A stretch of DNA of 64,000 nt from Zygnema circumcarinatum SAG 698-1b (GCA_037447605.1 CM074823.1:1302001-1366000); one strand, 5' to 3'. Counted from the first letter of the stretch, positions 11,617-24,128 are shown. A program made the numbers and translations. Notes: a model not told the origin generated them from the sequence alone.

Positions 11617-12653
11617 GGGTAGTGTTATTTCCACCCCTTTTTGGGATCAAAACACCCCTTCCCGGCCGGGCAGATTTCAAAAAGGATTCAAAGCGGAAAA
11701 TGCTTTTTTCACACCTTTTTGGAATCGATACCCACCTTCCATCGGGCAGATTTTATTTTTGTAAAACAAGGAAGATGATACCCCGTCACCCCATTTTGAA
11801 TCCCGCATCCCTGAACTTTTTTTTTGAGAGAAAAAAATCGGCATGCCCGAATCCGCTAGGAGCGTAAGATCCGTTCGCCACGAGATCGTTCGCGCGTGTC
11901 CATCCTTCACACGTGTGTTGAATCGGTGCCGTCGATTCCCTCGAAGATCGCACCACGACAGATCACCGTTGGATCTGCAGCCGTGCTCGGCCCCAGCGAA
12001 TGGCACGTGCCCACGATATCCCGCCAAAGCCGTCTAAAAAGGGGATCCGTACAAAAGTATGGTCGCAACTTCGAGGAAACGCAAAATTTTGTACATTGAG
12101 AGCTTGGACCAATAAAATTTGCTACGTCAAAAATATAACACGTGGCAGATGGTGATTAACTGGCAGTTGTCAAATGGCGAGCCGCCGCAGGCTGGCCGGC
12201 CAGATAATTTTGCGAAGGTCTCGGGCCGAGGGACGCGTGCACTCGCAAGTGCAAGAAGACTTTGGCGGGACACGTGGGCACTTTCCATTCGCTGGAACCG
12301 AGCTTTGCGGCGGATCGAACGGTGATTTGCTGTGGTGCGATCTGCGAGGGAATCGACGGCTGCGATTTACCGCACGTGTGAAGGAATGGACTTTGCGGAC
12401 GGATCTTCCGCTCCGAGCGGATTCTGGGCGTCCCGATATTTTTTTCTCTCAAAAAAAAAATTCAGGGTGACGAGATTCAAAATGGGGTGACGGGGTATCG
12501 TTTTCCTTGTTTTGCAAAAATAAAATCTGCCCGACGGAAGAAGGTGGGTATCGATTCCAAAAAGGTGTGAAAAAAGCATTTTCCTTTTTTCATCGTTTTT
12601 GAAATCTGCCCTACCTGTTTTGATCCAAAAAAGGGGTGGAAATAACATTACCC
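11617..12653. mobile_element. Non-autonomous foldback (long-TIR) DNA element, GGGTAGTG-terminus family
   Basis: ~400-bp imperfect inverted arms (11617-~12025 vs ~12264-12653); ORFs 11622..11867(+) and 12367..12690(-) are near-identical mirror translations; flanks aaaataaa/aaaaaaaa. Confidence 0.8.
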
Positions 12654-12779
12654 AAAAAAAAAATAAGGTAAATAACAGGCTGCGGATCAAGATCCTCGTG
12701 CGTTGCCTTTTTATAGAAATGTCTTCGAACCTTAATTATGTGAAGTGAACTGAAACGGAAACTGATCGAACACATAAGC

Positions 12780-13130
12780 TGAATGGGTACGCGATATACC
12801 CCATTTTCTGCGCATTCATTTCAGTGAAACGTACAACCAATCAGGTCGCGCGACGTGGCAACGTCAGACTTGCGGCAACTATACCCCATTTTCTTTAAAT
12901 TCATCTTTGACAACCTAATCGAATCCGTAGGTCACATAAAACATTCAAATCGAACGCTGTCGTACGTAGAAAACGACACTTGGCAATGACTAAATGGTTA
13001 CGTGATATACCCCATTTTCCGCGCATTCGATCCAACGAAAAGCACAACAAATCCGGACGCGCGACGTTGCAACGTCAGACTCGTGGCAACTATACCCCAT
13101 TTTCATCAAATTCTTTTTTTAGCCTGGTAT
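12780..13130 (+). repeat. Dispersed repeat with internal tandem units (second copy at ~22960-23360)
   Basis: gcgatatacccc attttc..cattcgatccaac..gacgcgcgacgtggcaacgtcagac..gcaactatacccc repeated within each copy and shared by both loci. Confidence 0.7.
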
Positions 13131-13280
13131 GTTGGAGCTGTGATTAATTTGACCAACACCATAACCGTTTCGGGCGTTGTCAACCGACCCATTCCAAATC
13201 TTGCGTGTCCCGTGTTTGACAAAACAAGCTGTTACGGTTTACCAACCCACCCCGGTACAAACATGCCGTTTCGGGCATTA

Positions 13281-13413
13281 GGGGGTGTCAGACTTAAAAA
13301 ATTCTCGTAAGTTTGAGACCAGAACGAGTACTTCGGTGACATCGCAATCCTGGTGCGGCGGAGTACTTGCAAAACGTTTTTGTTCGTAAGATTTCGTTAA
13401 GTCTGACACCCCC
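13281..13413. mobile_element. 133-bp MITE (GGGGGTGTCAGAC TIR)
   Basis: gggggtgtcagacttaa ... ttaagtctgacaccccc with TA on both sides; abuts the next element. Confidence 0.7.
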
Positions 13414-13415
13414 TA

Positions 13416-13919
13416 CAGTGGGGGGTCCTCGTATTTACCACCCCAAGGAGTGCGTCCTCAATATTTTCGCCCCAATTTTGCCGAAACCACTTTTTTGTAC
13501 GGTAACTTGTGTTAGCCGTACTGTTCGTATTGTCCGTACTATCTGTACTAGCCGTTACGGGCTTACGCAAAACGCACCTAATCTCCCCGCTCGTGCCGCC
13601 GTAAGAGGCGCTCGCTCTTCTCTCCGTCTTCTTGACTTCGATACGATAAGATACGATACGATACGGTCAAACGATACGAAACTCCCCGATGGTTGGATGA
13701 CGACAGTATGTACGACAGTATATGCATCACGATATGTCACGATACGATACGATGCTGGATGATACAGTACGATACTGTACGATATGGTACGGTACGATAC
13801 GTACGGCTCAACATGAACTCTAACATAATACCGCCCGTCTATTCGTATTATATGCAAATTTAATATTTTCGCCTCATTTTGCCCGGAACCAGGGTGGAAA
13901 ATATGAGGACCCCCTACTG
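13416..13919 (-). mobile_element. Tc1/mariner-like MITE (~500 bp)
   Basis: CAGT...ACTG termini, ~28-bp imperfect TIR (cagtggggggtcctcgtatttaccaccc), TA TSD; inverted copy at 25622-26155. Confidence 0.8.
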
Positions 13920-14994
13920 TATTGTCAACCGACAATCACAATCCCCCGATTACGAAAACCGTACAAAAAAGGGCCACATCCTCGTCCAAATGACGATTGT
14001 CCGAATAGAGCCGTTTTGTGCCGGTACGGTGACGTCGACGACGTTCCGACGTTGACGTTCGACGACCGACCTACAGATTGACTGCCGTACAGATTCTCTG
14101 CCCGTCAGGTCCCCTTCGCCATTTTCCGGCTGCTACATGAGTGGTTTACGTGGCGCCACTTGATTCGTAGCCGACATTTTGAAGCGACTCCACTGACGCT
14201 TCGTTCCGCCGCTTCGTGCACCACCGTTGATCTCCATCCGTCGCGCCACATGTCGCGCGCTCCACGCTCCGCACTCGCGCCGCGACCAAGCAGCGCTCCG
14301 CTGGCCGTACACCAGCGCGCCGCTCCGTACAACTACATTTCTGCCCAATCTTCATGCGCGCGCTACAGTACTGTACGCGCAAACCCCCGAAGACTTGTAC
14401 GGTCGCTAAGGCGGTCCTCCATGCAATATGGACGCTATAAGCACACCACTTAGAACTCAGCCGGGCGTCATCCGCGCGTCGCATCTGCGCGTCGTATGCG
14501 CATGTCGCATGAACGACGTCGCCGGTGTCGCACGCGCGCGTCGCTGGCCACGTGGCGAACCGCCACGGGCTAGCAAGAGCCACGCGGCGTCGCGCCACTG
14601 GCCAGCCCTGCTTCCTGTCCCTCACGATACGATGTTATTATGTTATGCTGTTATCAACTATGTTGTTATATGCCTGTTGCTTACGCTATAAGCAGACGAA
14701 CAAACATGCAAACACGGTACAAACATGCCGTTTCGGGCATTGTCAACCGACAATCACAATCCCGCGATTACGAACATCGTACAAAAAAGGGCCACATCCA
14801 GGGCTCCACAGCCTGTTGCCGGTTTCGTGCCGGTACCGTGACGTCGACGACGTTTCGATGACGAAGCGATTCAGAAACACGGTAATATCAACTTCCCCTG
14901 TTCTTTACGTCCTCCCGACATCCATTTTCTTACACTCGCCAGTCTAACAGAAGAGTTGCTGCTGATCATTCCGAGGATCCTCCTGATCTGCTGA

Positions 14995-15339
14995 GGACGA
15001 ACATGGAGTGGAGTGAAGGGGAGAATGGTGGAAGGGGAGAATGGTGGAAAAATGAAGGAAGAAAAGGATGAAGAAGAAACATCGAGAGTCGAAAGAGCAG
15101 AATGGTGGAGGGGGGAAGGAAAAAAAGGAAGGGAAGTAACATGGAGTGTGATGAAGGGGAGAATGGTGGAGAAAGAAGGAAGAAGAGAAGGAGGAAGGAA
15201 TTAGATTGTAGTGAAAAGGAAAATGGTGGAAGGAAGAAGGAAGAAACAGAAGGAGACAGGAACATGGAGTGTGGTGAAGGGGAGAATGATGGAAGTGAGA
15301 AGGAAGAAAAAGGGGGAGGAAGGAAAATGGAGTGTGTAA
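14995..15339 (+). repeat. GA-rich tandem repeat (aacatggagtg..tgaaggggagaatggtgga, x3)
   Basis: Unit recurs at ~15001, ~15139 and ~15260; ends at a gap. Confidence 0.6.
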
Positions 15340-15349
15340 NNNNNNNNNN

Positions 15350-15970
15350 GGCCAGTCTGTGAGTCCGTCTGTCAGTCAGACTGTCAGTCTGTCGGCCAGT
15401 CTGTGAGTCCGTCTGTCAGTCAGTCGTCTATCTGTCGGCCAGTCTGTGAGTCCGTCTGTCAGTCAGTCTGTCAGTCTGTCGGCCAGTCTGTGAGTCCGTC
15501 TGTCAGTCACTTTGTCAGTCTGTCGGCCAGTCCGCCAGTCCTCTGGACTTTAAAGACTGGTCATATGGAAATTATGGAAATTGTCGGCCAGTCCGCCAGT
15601 CCTCTGGACTTTAAAGACTTGTCAAATGGAAATTATGGAAATTATGAAAATTCTGGAAAATATGGAAATCATCGAATAAGGTTCGTTCTTACGCTTACTT
15701 TCAAGTATTGTTTAGCAAATAACCCTGGATTGATTTCGGAAGGACCCGGTTCTGGAGATGATGATGTTCGCAAAGATCAAAAAAAGTCAAAAATATATGA
15801 TCACAATCAAAAAAAGGTTCGTACTTACGCTATCACTCATGTGTAGTATAGCAAATAACCCTGGATTGATTTCAGAAGGACCCGGTCCTGGAGATAATGA
15901 TGTTCGGAAAGATCGAAAAACGTCAAAATATATGATCCTAATAAAAAAAGGTTCGTACTTCACATTCCCA
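15350..15970 (+). repeat. Stacked tandem repeats: 44-bp x4-5, 61-bp x2, ~136-bp x2
   Basis: ggccagtctgtgagtccgtc at 15394/15437/15481; ctctggactttaaagact at ~15541/15602; tagcaaataaccctggattgatttc at ~15713/15849. Confidence 0.75.
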
Positions 15971-15980
15971 NNNNNNNNNN

Positions 15981-16257
15981 GACTTGGTCCCCTGTACCTT
16001 CTGGCTCCAACTCGCCTCGGCGAGAGACCCCACCCTTTCGTGCCCCGCGTGGGGGCGGGAGGGGGCCAAAGCGTCCTGGGGATGCACCAGCTCAGCCCTT
16101 GGCGGCAAAAGTTCCCAAGTTGACGTCCCAAGAAGCGGACAGGCTCAAGAAGGAGGGCCGATGCTACCGATGCCGACAGGCGGGGCATCTGGCTCGTGAC
16201 TGTCCTAAGGGTCAGCAAACTCCTGGTCCGGAAAACGGACCCCCACCTGCAGTCTAG
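15981..16257 (+). CDS. gag: Gag C-terminus with CCHC zinc knuckle (partial)
   Basis: ...KEGRCYRCRQAGHLARDCPKGQQTPGPENGPPPAV*, stop TAG at 16255-16257. Confidence 0.8.
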
Positions 16258-19200
16258 AGGTTGTTGCAGGTGGTAGTGGTGGGGGGGGGAGAATGGTTGT
16301 TGGAGCTGCCAGGCGTAGGGATTTTGTTGTTCCCTTTTCCAGTGATTTATTGAATATTATGGGCCGGCAGCCCCTTGCATCAGATATTTTCGTCTTGCAT
16401 TGCCCGGAATATCTGAATGACTATTTGTTCTCTCTCTCCACCCGAATGACCTCTCTTGAGTTTGCTGTTGCGCAATGGGATGACCCTGCTGAAATCTGGA
16501 TTCTGAACCCTACCGGGGCTACCGATCTGTTTGATAGTGTCCTTGATGCCTTCCGACGGGGGCGCACTTCAATGCTCGTGTCTGCGGTGCACGTCTTGCT
16601 CCCGCAACACGTCCCCATAACTTGTTTCGGCCACGCCCATTGGAAGGTGGTCCGGATTTGGCGGAGAGGTCACCCGTTGGTGCGCTGGGACGACTCAGGA
16701 CATATCACCTCTTGCACGCTTCCGTTCCCTGTCCTTTGGCGTACGGCGCGTCTCGATTCGTTGGTTGTCCTCAGATCCATGTTTCAGCGGTCCCACCGTG
16801 CCATGACCTTTTCGGGGGTTGTGGAAGGTAGACCTATCATCGCCCTATTCGATTCAGGCGCTGACGATAATTTTCTGAACTCTTCGTTTGTTAAGATGGC
16901 TTCCATGGTACTTTCAGACCGTTCCGATACAGTCACGTTCGGCGATGGTCGTAAAGGGCAGATCCTGGGTTGCGTGACTACTCGATTGCGAATTCAATCT
17001 TTTTCCGGGCAGATTCGGTGCTTGGTCACAATTCTAACTCCGGGCATTGACTTGATCTTAGGCAGTCATTGGTTGCAGTCCGTCCGGGCCATGATGGATT
17101 TTGCAGTTCCAAACTGCGTGGTTCGCAGTGACTCTCGGCGGGTCACCTTACTCCCAGGTATACCCACGGTTGTTCCCCCCCTCCATCCAGATGCGGCGCA
17201 CTTGTGCTCCGCCATGCAGGTGGCGAAAGCCGTGAAAGCGGGTTGTGTACTCTTCTATGTGCACCTCGTCGATGAAATCGAATCTGTCTATGACGGCGAC
17301 CAGGAGTGGTTACCCACTGCCTCAGAGTCGTTACCACCCGTACCCCTGGCGATCCAATCTTTACTTAACGAATTTCAGGACATTTTTCCAGAGGACCTCC
17401 CCTCAGGGCTGCCGCCGGCGCGTGGCGTGGGGCATACTATTCCCCTTGAGCCTGAGCAGAAGCCACCTTGGCGACCAATCTATCGATTGAGCCCCAAGGA
17501 GACCGAAGAAATGCGAAAGCAGCTGGCTAATCTGCGCTCCAAAGGCTGGATTGAGCCCAGTCAGAGCCCTTTTGGGGCCCCCATCCTATTTGTGGGAAAG
17601 AAAGACGGGTCCTTGCGAATGTGCATTGACTATCGAGCCCTTAATAAAATCACGATTAAAAATCGTTATGCTTTACCTCGCATAGATGATTTGTTGGACC
17701 GGTTGCATGGGGCGCGAATTTTCACTTCGCTAGATCTGGCCCAGGGCTACCACCAGATCCGGGTCACGGATGCTGACGTACCAAAGACTGCGTTTCGTAC
17801 GCCTATTGGTCATTTCCAATACAAGGTACTGCCCTTTGGGTTGACAAATGCACCGGCAACCTTTCAGTCCGTGATGAACGAGATGTTCTCCAGCATGGAC
17901 GATTACGTCTTGGTCTACCTCGATGACATTCTGGTTTTCAGCAAATCCGAACAGGACCACTTGACCCACGTTCGCAATGTGTTGTCGGTCTTACGCCAGC
18001 ACACATTTTATGCGAAACGCAAGAAATGTCAGTTCATGCAGCGCGAGTTGCTCTACCTTGGACATATCCTTGGAGCGGACGGCCTCAAGCCTGACCCGGG
18101 CAAAATTGCGGCGGTTGCCACTTGGGCCGTTCCTACGGATCTGCATCAGTTGCGTTCCTTCTTGGGCTTTGCTAATTATTTCCGTAAATTCATTCAAGGA
18201 TTTAGCAAGCTAGTTACTCCACTGACAGATCTCACAAAATCTGGAGTTCGCTACACCTGGACAGATGAATGTCAGGTGGCGTTTGAGGGGACCAAACATG
18301 CCCTCATCACCGCACCTACGTTGGTGTTGGCAGACCCTACCAAACCTTATGAGGTGGTTTGCGATGCGTCGGGGTTCGCACTTGGCGCTGTCCTGTTTCA
18401 GGAGGGCCAACCCCTGGCTTATGAAAGCCGGAAGATGAACCCAGCTGAACGAAACTATTCGGCAACCGAGCAGGAACTGCTCGCAGTTGTTCACGCCTTG
18501 AGGACATGGCGTTGCTATTTGGAGGGGGCGGAAGCCGTCACGCTGGTCACAGACCACCGGCCCTTGACCTTCCTCTCCTCCAGCCTTTATTGTGAACTAC
18601 TATATCTAGGCGAGGGCCCGTTGGTCGAGTTCCTCCAGGAGATTTGGCGCAAATGGGTATATCGGCCGGGGCCGGTTGAATATTTGCGATCCACGTTAAG
18701 CAGAACAGTCAGTCATCTTACTTTTGGATGGTGCGCTACGTCGACGAAGTGTTAGCGGAGAACCATGGGGAGTCGAAGGTGAGCGACGACCACCTTCTCC
18801 CTTCCCAACGTGTTTAGCCATAGATACCCCAACCAGCGCCACGGTCGACCCCCCTACCCTCTCTGATCTTAGACAGATGATTCGGGAGGGTTATGCTGGT
18901 GATCCTATGTTCTTGGACGGCCAGGGTAGTGGCTATAAGGACAAAGTGCTGCGCTCCTGAGGCGGGTTTTGAATGCGGCCAGCGATTGAAAATTAGGATT
19001 TCCCAAGTGTGTGGCAGCATGCGGCGGCTTCGTTCTAAGTGAGATGCCGCGATCCTCACTCCTTCACGAGGGCCACATGGGTGTTGCCAAAACCTCTGAG
19101 GCAGTACTCCGTGAGTTTTGGTGGCCGGGACTCACGACGGATGTGTCGGCATATGTGCTGGCCTGTCCAACCTGTCAACGTAATAAGCCCCGCACTGGCA

Positions 19201-21304
19201 GGATTCCTGGCCAGCTTCAACCACTCACTCCCCCTTTCCGGAAGTGGGAGAGCATCGGTATGGACCTAATCACAGATTTACCAGAAACCCCACGGGGTCA
19301 CGATGCTATTATGGTGTTTGTCGACCGTCTCAGCAAAATGGTGCACTTTGCACCTACTCGGAAGTCCGCTGGGGCGGAAGAGTGGCGCGTCTCTACGTCG
19401 ACAAGGTGTGGAGCTTGCATGGTTTTCAGTCCACCATTGTTTCTGACAGGGATCCCCGATTTACCGGTCACTTTTGGACTGAAATTCTGAAAATCGTGGG
19501 CACCAAGCAAGCGCTCAGCACAGCTTTCCATCCGCAAACTGACGGCCAGACGGAGAGGGTCAACCGCATTGTGGAAGATTTCCTGCGGCATTACGTGGGA
19601 CCCACGCCGGATGAGTGGGATACCTTGCTCCCATTGGCGGAGTACGCCATCAACAATGCTCATCAGGAATCAATCGGTACGACCCCCTTCTTTCTGAATT
19701 ATGGTCAGCATCCTCTAAATCCCCTGCAGCCAAGGGATCAGCAACCGTCCTCGTGGAATGCAGGCATCCACCGGAACGATGACCCTTGGGGCTTGAGAGG
19801 AGCTGGGGGGGATCACCCACCCGCCGTTAGATCTTTTGTTCNNNNNNNNNNGGGCCACATGGGTGTTGCCAAAACCTCTGAGGCAGTACTCCGTGAGTTT
19901 TGGTGGCCGGGACTCACGACGGATGTGTCGGCATATGTGCTGGCCTGTCCAACCTGTCAACGTAATAAGCCCCGCACTGGCAGGATTCCTGGCCAGCTTC
20001 AACCACTCACTCCCCCTTTCCGGAAGTGGGAGAGCATCGGTATGGACCTAATCACAGATTTACCAGAAACCCCACGGGGTCACGATGCTATTATGGTGTT
20101 TGTCGACCGTCTCAGCAAAATGGTGCACTTTGCACCTACTCGGAAGTCCGCTGGGGCGGAAGAGGTGGCGCGTCTCTACGTCGACAAGGTGTGGAGCTTG
20201 CATGGTTTTCAGTCCACCATTGTTTCTGACAGGGATCCCCGATTTACCGGTCACTTTTGGACTGAAATTCTGAAAATCGTGGGCACCAAGCAAGCGCTCA
20301 GCACAGCTTTCCATCCGCAAACTGACGGCCAGACGGAGAGGGTCAACCGCATTGTGGAAGATTTCCTGCGGCATTACGTGGGACCCACGCCGGATGAGTG
20401 GGATACCTTGCTCCCATTGGCGGAGTACGCCATCAACAATGCTCATCAGGAATCAATCGGTACGACCCCCTTCTTTCTGAATTATGGTCAGCATCCTCTA
20501 AATCCCCTGCAGCCAAGGGATCAGCAACCGTCCTCGTGGAATGCAGGCATCCACCGGAACGATGACCCTTGGGGCTTGAGAGGAGCTGGGGGGGATCACC
20601 CACCCGCCGTTAGATCTTTTGTTAGAGCTCATGTCGGAAGGCACGTACGCGGCGTGCAGGCGGAGACGCTGGCGGCCGCGGTCCGGCGAAGACCTATCGT
20701 CGCCAAAAGCGGACTCGGCTCGTTTCAGCACGGGGCGTGGCAATTACCCATGAGGAACTTAATTTGAGGAAACTGCGAGGGGCAAAGAATGAGGATTTGG
20801 CCAGCCCGCGGTTCATCGAGGGCCATTCAAGGTCTTGAGCGCGTGGCGAGAGGTAAACACAAGCTGAAGCTGCGGCTCACATGAAGATACATCCGGTGTT
20901 TCATGGCCGAAGAGGTTTGCTAGGCGCTACTTGGTGGCCAGGGATCCGATACCTCCACCCCGGTGGATGACGGAGAGCCACCAGTGCGAGGTCGAGTCCG
21001 GTCAGACCTTAGAACCGTGAAAAGGGGTGAGACCTCCCGCCACGAATATCTCGTGAAGTGGCTGGGCTATGGGGTTGAACATAGCACGTGGGAGAAAGAA
21101 GGCAATTTGACCCATTGCCAAGAGCTCGTGAACTTATATTGGGAGGCGCAAGCCGCTGGTGAGCGGGCACGGACTGCACGGGGCGTCCCCGCGCAGTCCG
21201 CGCGCAACTCGGAAAGGGACTTGACCGGGGTTGTAGCCGAGCCCTCCCGGACCTCACGCAGACTTCGGCGGAAACCGTTGAAGCTGCGGGCTGCTTTGTC
21301 TTAG
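16209..21304 (+). CDS. pol: Pol polyprotein (extra N-terminal domain-PR-RT-RH-IN-chromodomain); intact to ~18580, frameshifted after that
   Basis: Frame is open from 16209 (-1 relative to gag); ORF 16293..18755 holds PR/RT/RH; IN in 19011..20767 with an artefactual internal duplication; chromodomain in 20963..21304; several indels after 18580. Confidence 0.85.
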
Positions 21305-21351
21305 TCTTCTCCCGTGACGAGGACGTCACGATCTTTTTAGGGGGGGAGCAA

Positions 21352-22746
21352 TGTAGCGAAACGCTACAGCCACCGGGGCGCTACGCGCACCACGGAGATC
21401 TCCGTAGGCACCGATGCATTACCCATTTGTCGATCGATGCGGAAGGCCGGTACCGAAGACCGACATACTAGGACGCTGGCATGCGGACCTTGTAGCAGCG
21501 CGCTAAGCGAAGCACGCTGGCAGCGGTATGGAGTCCGCGTCAGCCGCGCTATGCTGGCGTCGTATGGCAGCGTACGTATATCGCGACTTCGCCCGAACTA
21601 CAGCGCGGCGGCTCGAGTAGAGGCGGCCCGACGCCCATATTCCCGCATTGAGAATGCGCCCGCGGGCCTACCACCGGCCAGCGCCACTGCGCCCGGTGGT
21701 AGGCCTGCTTCCGGTCCCTCATGCTGGTAGAGGGTTCGACGGGGGAAGCGTATAGGGGCGGGGGCGAATGCAACGGCATTCAATCCGGAAACCGGCTTCT
21801 CTCTCTCTCTTCCCCTCTACCTCCCGCGACTCCTCGCCGACCCGCCAGACCAGTTTCCTGGACTTCCGTTACAGTGGGTGTGTGTGTATGTGTGTGTGTG
21901 TGTGTGTGTGGTTTTTTTTTGGTTTGTTGTAATATTTAAATTGTTTTCCCCTCCTATATGCGCTTCCCGTTAGAATTTTCCGCAGTGAGGGGTACAGGCG
22001 AGAGCTGCTTTTCAACAAACTGCTACGTGGGTGATCGATGCCTAGCCCGATGGTATGACGCCGTGGCGGTCCGTTACTAGCGGTGGCGCTGACGCCCGCG
22101 TGGCGGTCTGATGGCGATGTCGATCTTCGCGAGCAGTGGCGGTGAGGCGCATCGGCGGGCCAAGTAGCGTCTCCCGAATGCTCAACTGCGTCCGTGATAG
22201 GTGAGTAATTGGGATATCCGACCCGCGTAGCGGCGCCCAGCGATATTAAAATTACATGTATCCGACATGCTGGCGACTTCTGCCGTTAATACGAGCTGTA
22301 GCGGCGTGTCAGATGCGAGGCGCGGCGCGCGTTCCTTACTGTATGGAATAAAAACAAATGCCGACGGGATCGCCTGAATTGAAGGACGTCGGTCTGCGGT
22401 CGGTTGTCACGAATCTCCGTGGTGCGGCCCGGCGCCCTACCGGTGAAACGTAGCGTTTAAGCTGAGTGTCGCGTTAGTGTGTCGTCCGATTACGGTCTGC
22501 GTCGTCACGAGGAGATCTGTGGCCGTGGCGAAATACGCGATTGAAATTTGTGGCGTTTACTTCACGGTGTCGTTAAATTAATGCGTCGATGCAGTGCGTG
22601 CGTGGAAGTCTCCGTGGTCAGCTGGCCACGATTGGGTATGCGTTCCTTCAGAATTATTAAGATAGTCAATGTGTCGATCCAGTGCGGTGCGTTGTACGGA
22701 GATCTCGAGTGGTGGCTGGCCACGGTGGCTGTAGCGTTTCGCTACA
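21352..22746 (+). repeat. 3' LTR (~1395 bp) with 24-bp perfect terminal inverted repeat
   Basis: Begins TGTAGCGAAACGCTACAGCCACCG right after the PPT; ends CGGTGGCTGTAGCGTTTCGCTACA; internal (GT)n at ~21877-21910. Confidence 0.8.
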
Positions 22747-22786
22747 GTGTGCGTTTGTGTGTCTGTGTTTTTTTTGTTTTTTTTTT

Positions 22787-22835
<49 letters not shown>

Positions 22836-23467
22836 TGGCTTCTATTTAAAAAAAAAAAAAAAGTCGAATTTTTTTTTTTCCACACACAAACTGGACGACA
22901 GAATGACGCCGCATTCTGTCGTTTCAGTTTGTGTGTGGTTTTTTTTTAGTTTTTTCCCATTTTAGGGCTACGTGGCAACACCTGACTGGATTAAAAACAT
23001 ACCCCATTTCAAAGACACGTGGCAATGACTACATAAATACGCGATATACCCCATTTTCTGCACATTCGATCCAACAAAACACACAACCAATCAGGACGCG
23101 CGACGTGGCAACGTCCAACTTGCGGCAACTATACCCCATTTTCATTAAATTCACCTTTGACAACATAATCGAATCCGTAGGTCACATAAAACAAAAACAC
23201 GTGGCAATAACTGAATACCCCATTTTCTGCACATTCGATCCAACAAAACACACAACCAATCAGGACGCGCGACGTGCCAACGTCAGACTCGCGGAAACTA
23301 TACCCCATTTTCATCAAACTCATCTTTGCCACCTTAATCGAACCGTCGTACGGATGAAACGATGACAAAGCTTTTGCCTACGGCAACGCAAAAAGACAGG
23401 ACTGCGAAATCAACTGTCACAGTCCCACTTAATGAATGTCCGAAATTTTAGAAAACAAATAAAATAA

Positions 23468-24128
23468 GGAAAATGATAACACCTACCCCCATTTGGACAT
23501 CCCGTCCCCTGAATTGTTTTTGAGAGGCCCAAAAATATGTTAGGGCCTGCCCGAATCTGCTCGCAGCAGAAGATCCGTCCGGATCGCACGTGTGAGTGCG
23601 CGCGTTCCTCGGCCCGAGATCTCTGCATAACTATGAGCTGGACCAGCCAGCCTGTGGAAAATTGGTAGCCAATCACCATCAGCCACGTGTTCATTTGAAT
23701 GACGTAACAAATTATGATTGGTTTAGGACCAAAAACGTACGGTATTCGCCTTTCCTCGAAGCTGCGACTGTCCTATGTTCGTACCAAACCGATTCGGTTA
23801 CAGTACAGTACCAATATCCGTACGGTCGGGTCCAGGCGCCGCCGCGTGCCGTCCGCGAACTTACCGTATGACATACCGAAACACGTGGGCGCGTGCCACT
23901 CGCTGGACCGAGCCCAGCATCAGATCGAACGGTTGCCGTGGTGAGATCTGTGAGAATATCGACGGCAGAGAGTCAACGCAAGTTTGAAGGGACGCGCGAA
24001 CTCGCACGAGCGAGCCGGACGGATCTTCCCCTCCGAGCGGATTCGGGCAGGCCCTAACATATTTTTGTCTCTCAAAAAAAAGTCAGGGGACAGGATATCC
24101 AAAATGGGGGGAGGGTCTATCATTCTCC
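23468..24128. mobile_element. Mutator-like (MULE) foldback MITE, GGAAAATGATA terminus
   Basis: ggaaaatgata / tatcattctcc termini, long imperfect inverted arms, 9-bp flanks ataaaataa on both sides (AT-rich, so a weak TSD). Confidence 0.65.

Larger units (their letters stand above)
15981..22746 (+). mobile_element. Ty3/Gypsy LTR retrotransposon, chromovirus; 5' LTR and most of gag missing at the gap
   Basis: Gag knuckle CYRCRQAGHLARDC; protease LFDSGA (16851); RT YLDD (17916); RNase H CDASGFALGAVL..ELLAVVHAL..TDHRPL; integrase GHMG..CPTCQ and DDE core; chromodomain EYLVKWLGYGVEHSTWE; PPT ttttaggggggggagcaa followed by TG...CA LTR. Confidence 0.95.

Noticed and set aside
18580-19070. Frameshifts as programmed recoding between RNase H and integrase
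   Set aside because: Multiple scattered indels next to a poorly assembled gap fit decay or low-quality consensus better.
19070-20623. Apparent double integrase (19070-19840 = 19852-20623)
   Set aside because: The duplication is centred on a 10-N gap and the first copy has a 1-nt deletion; assembly overlap.
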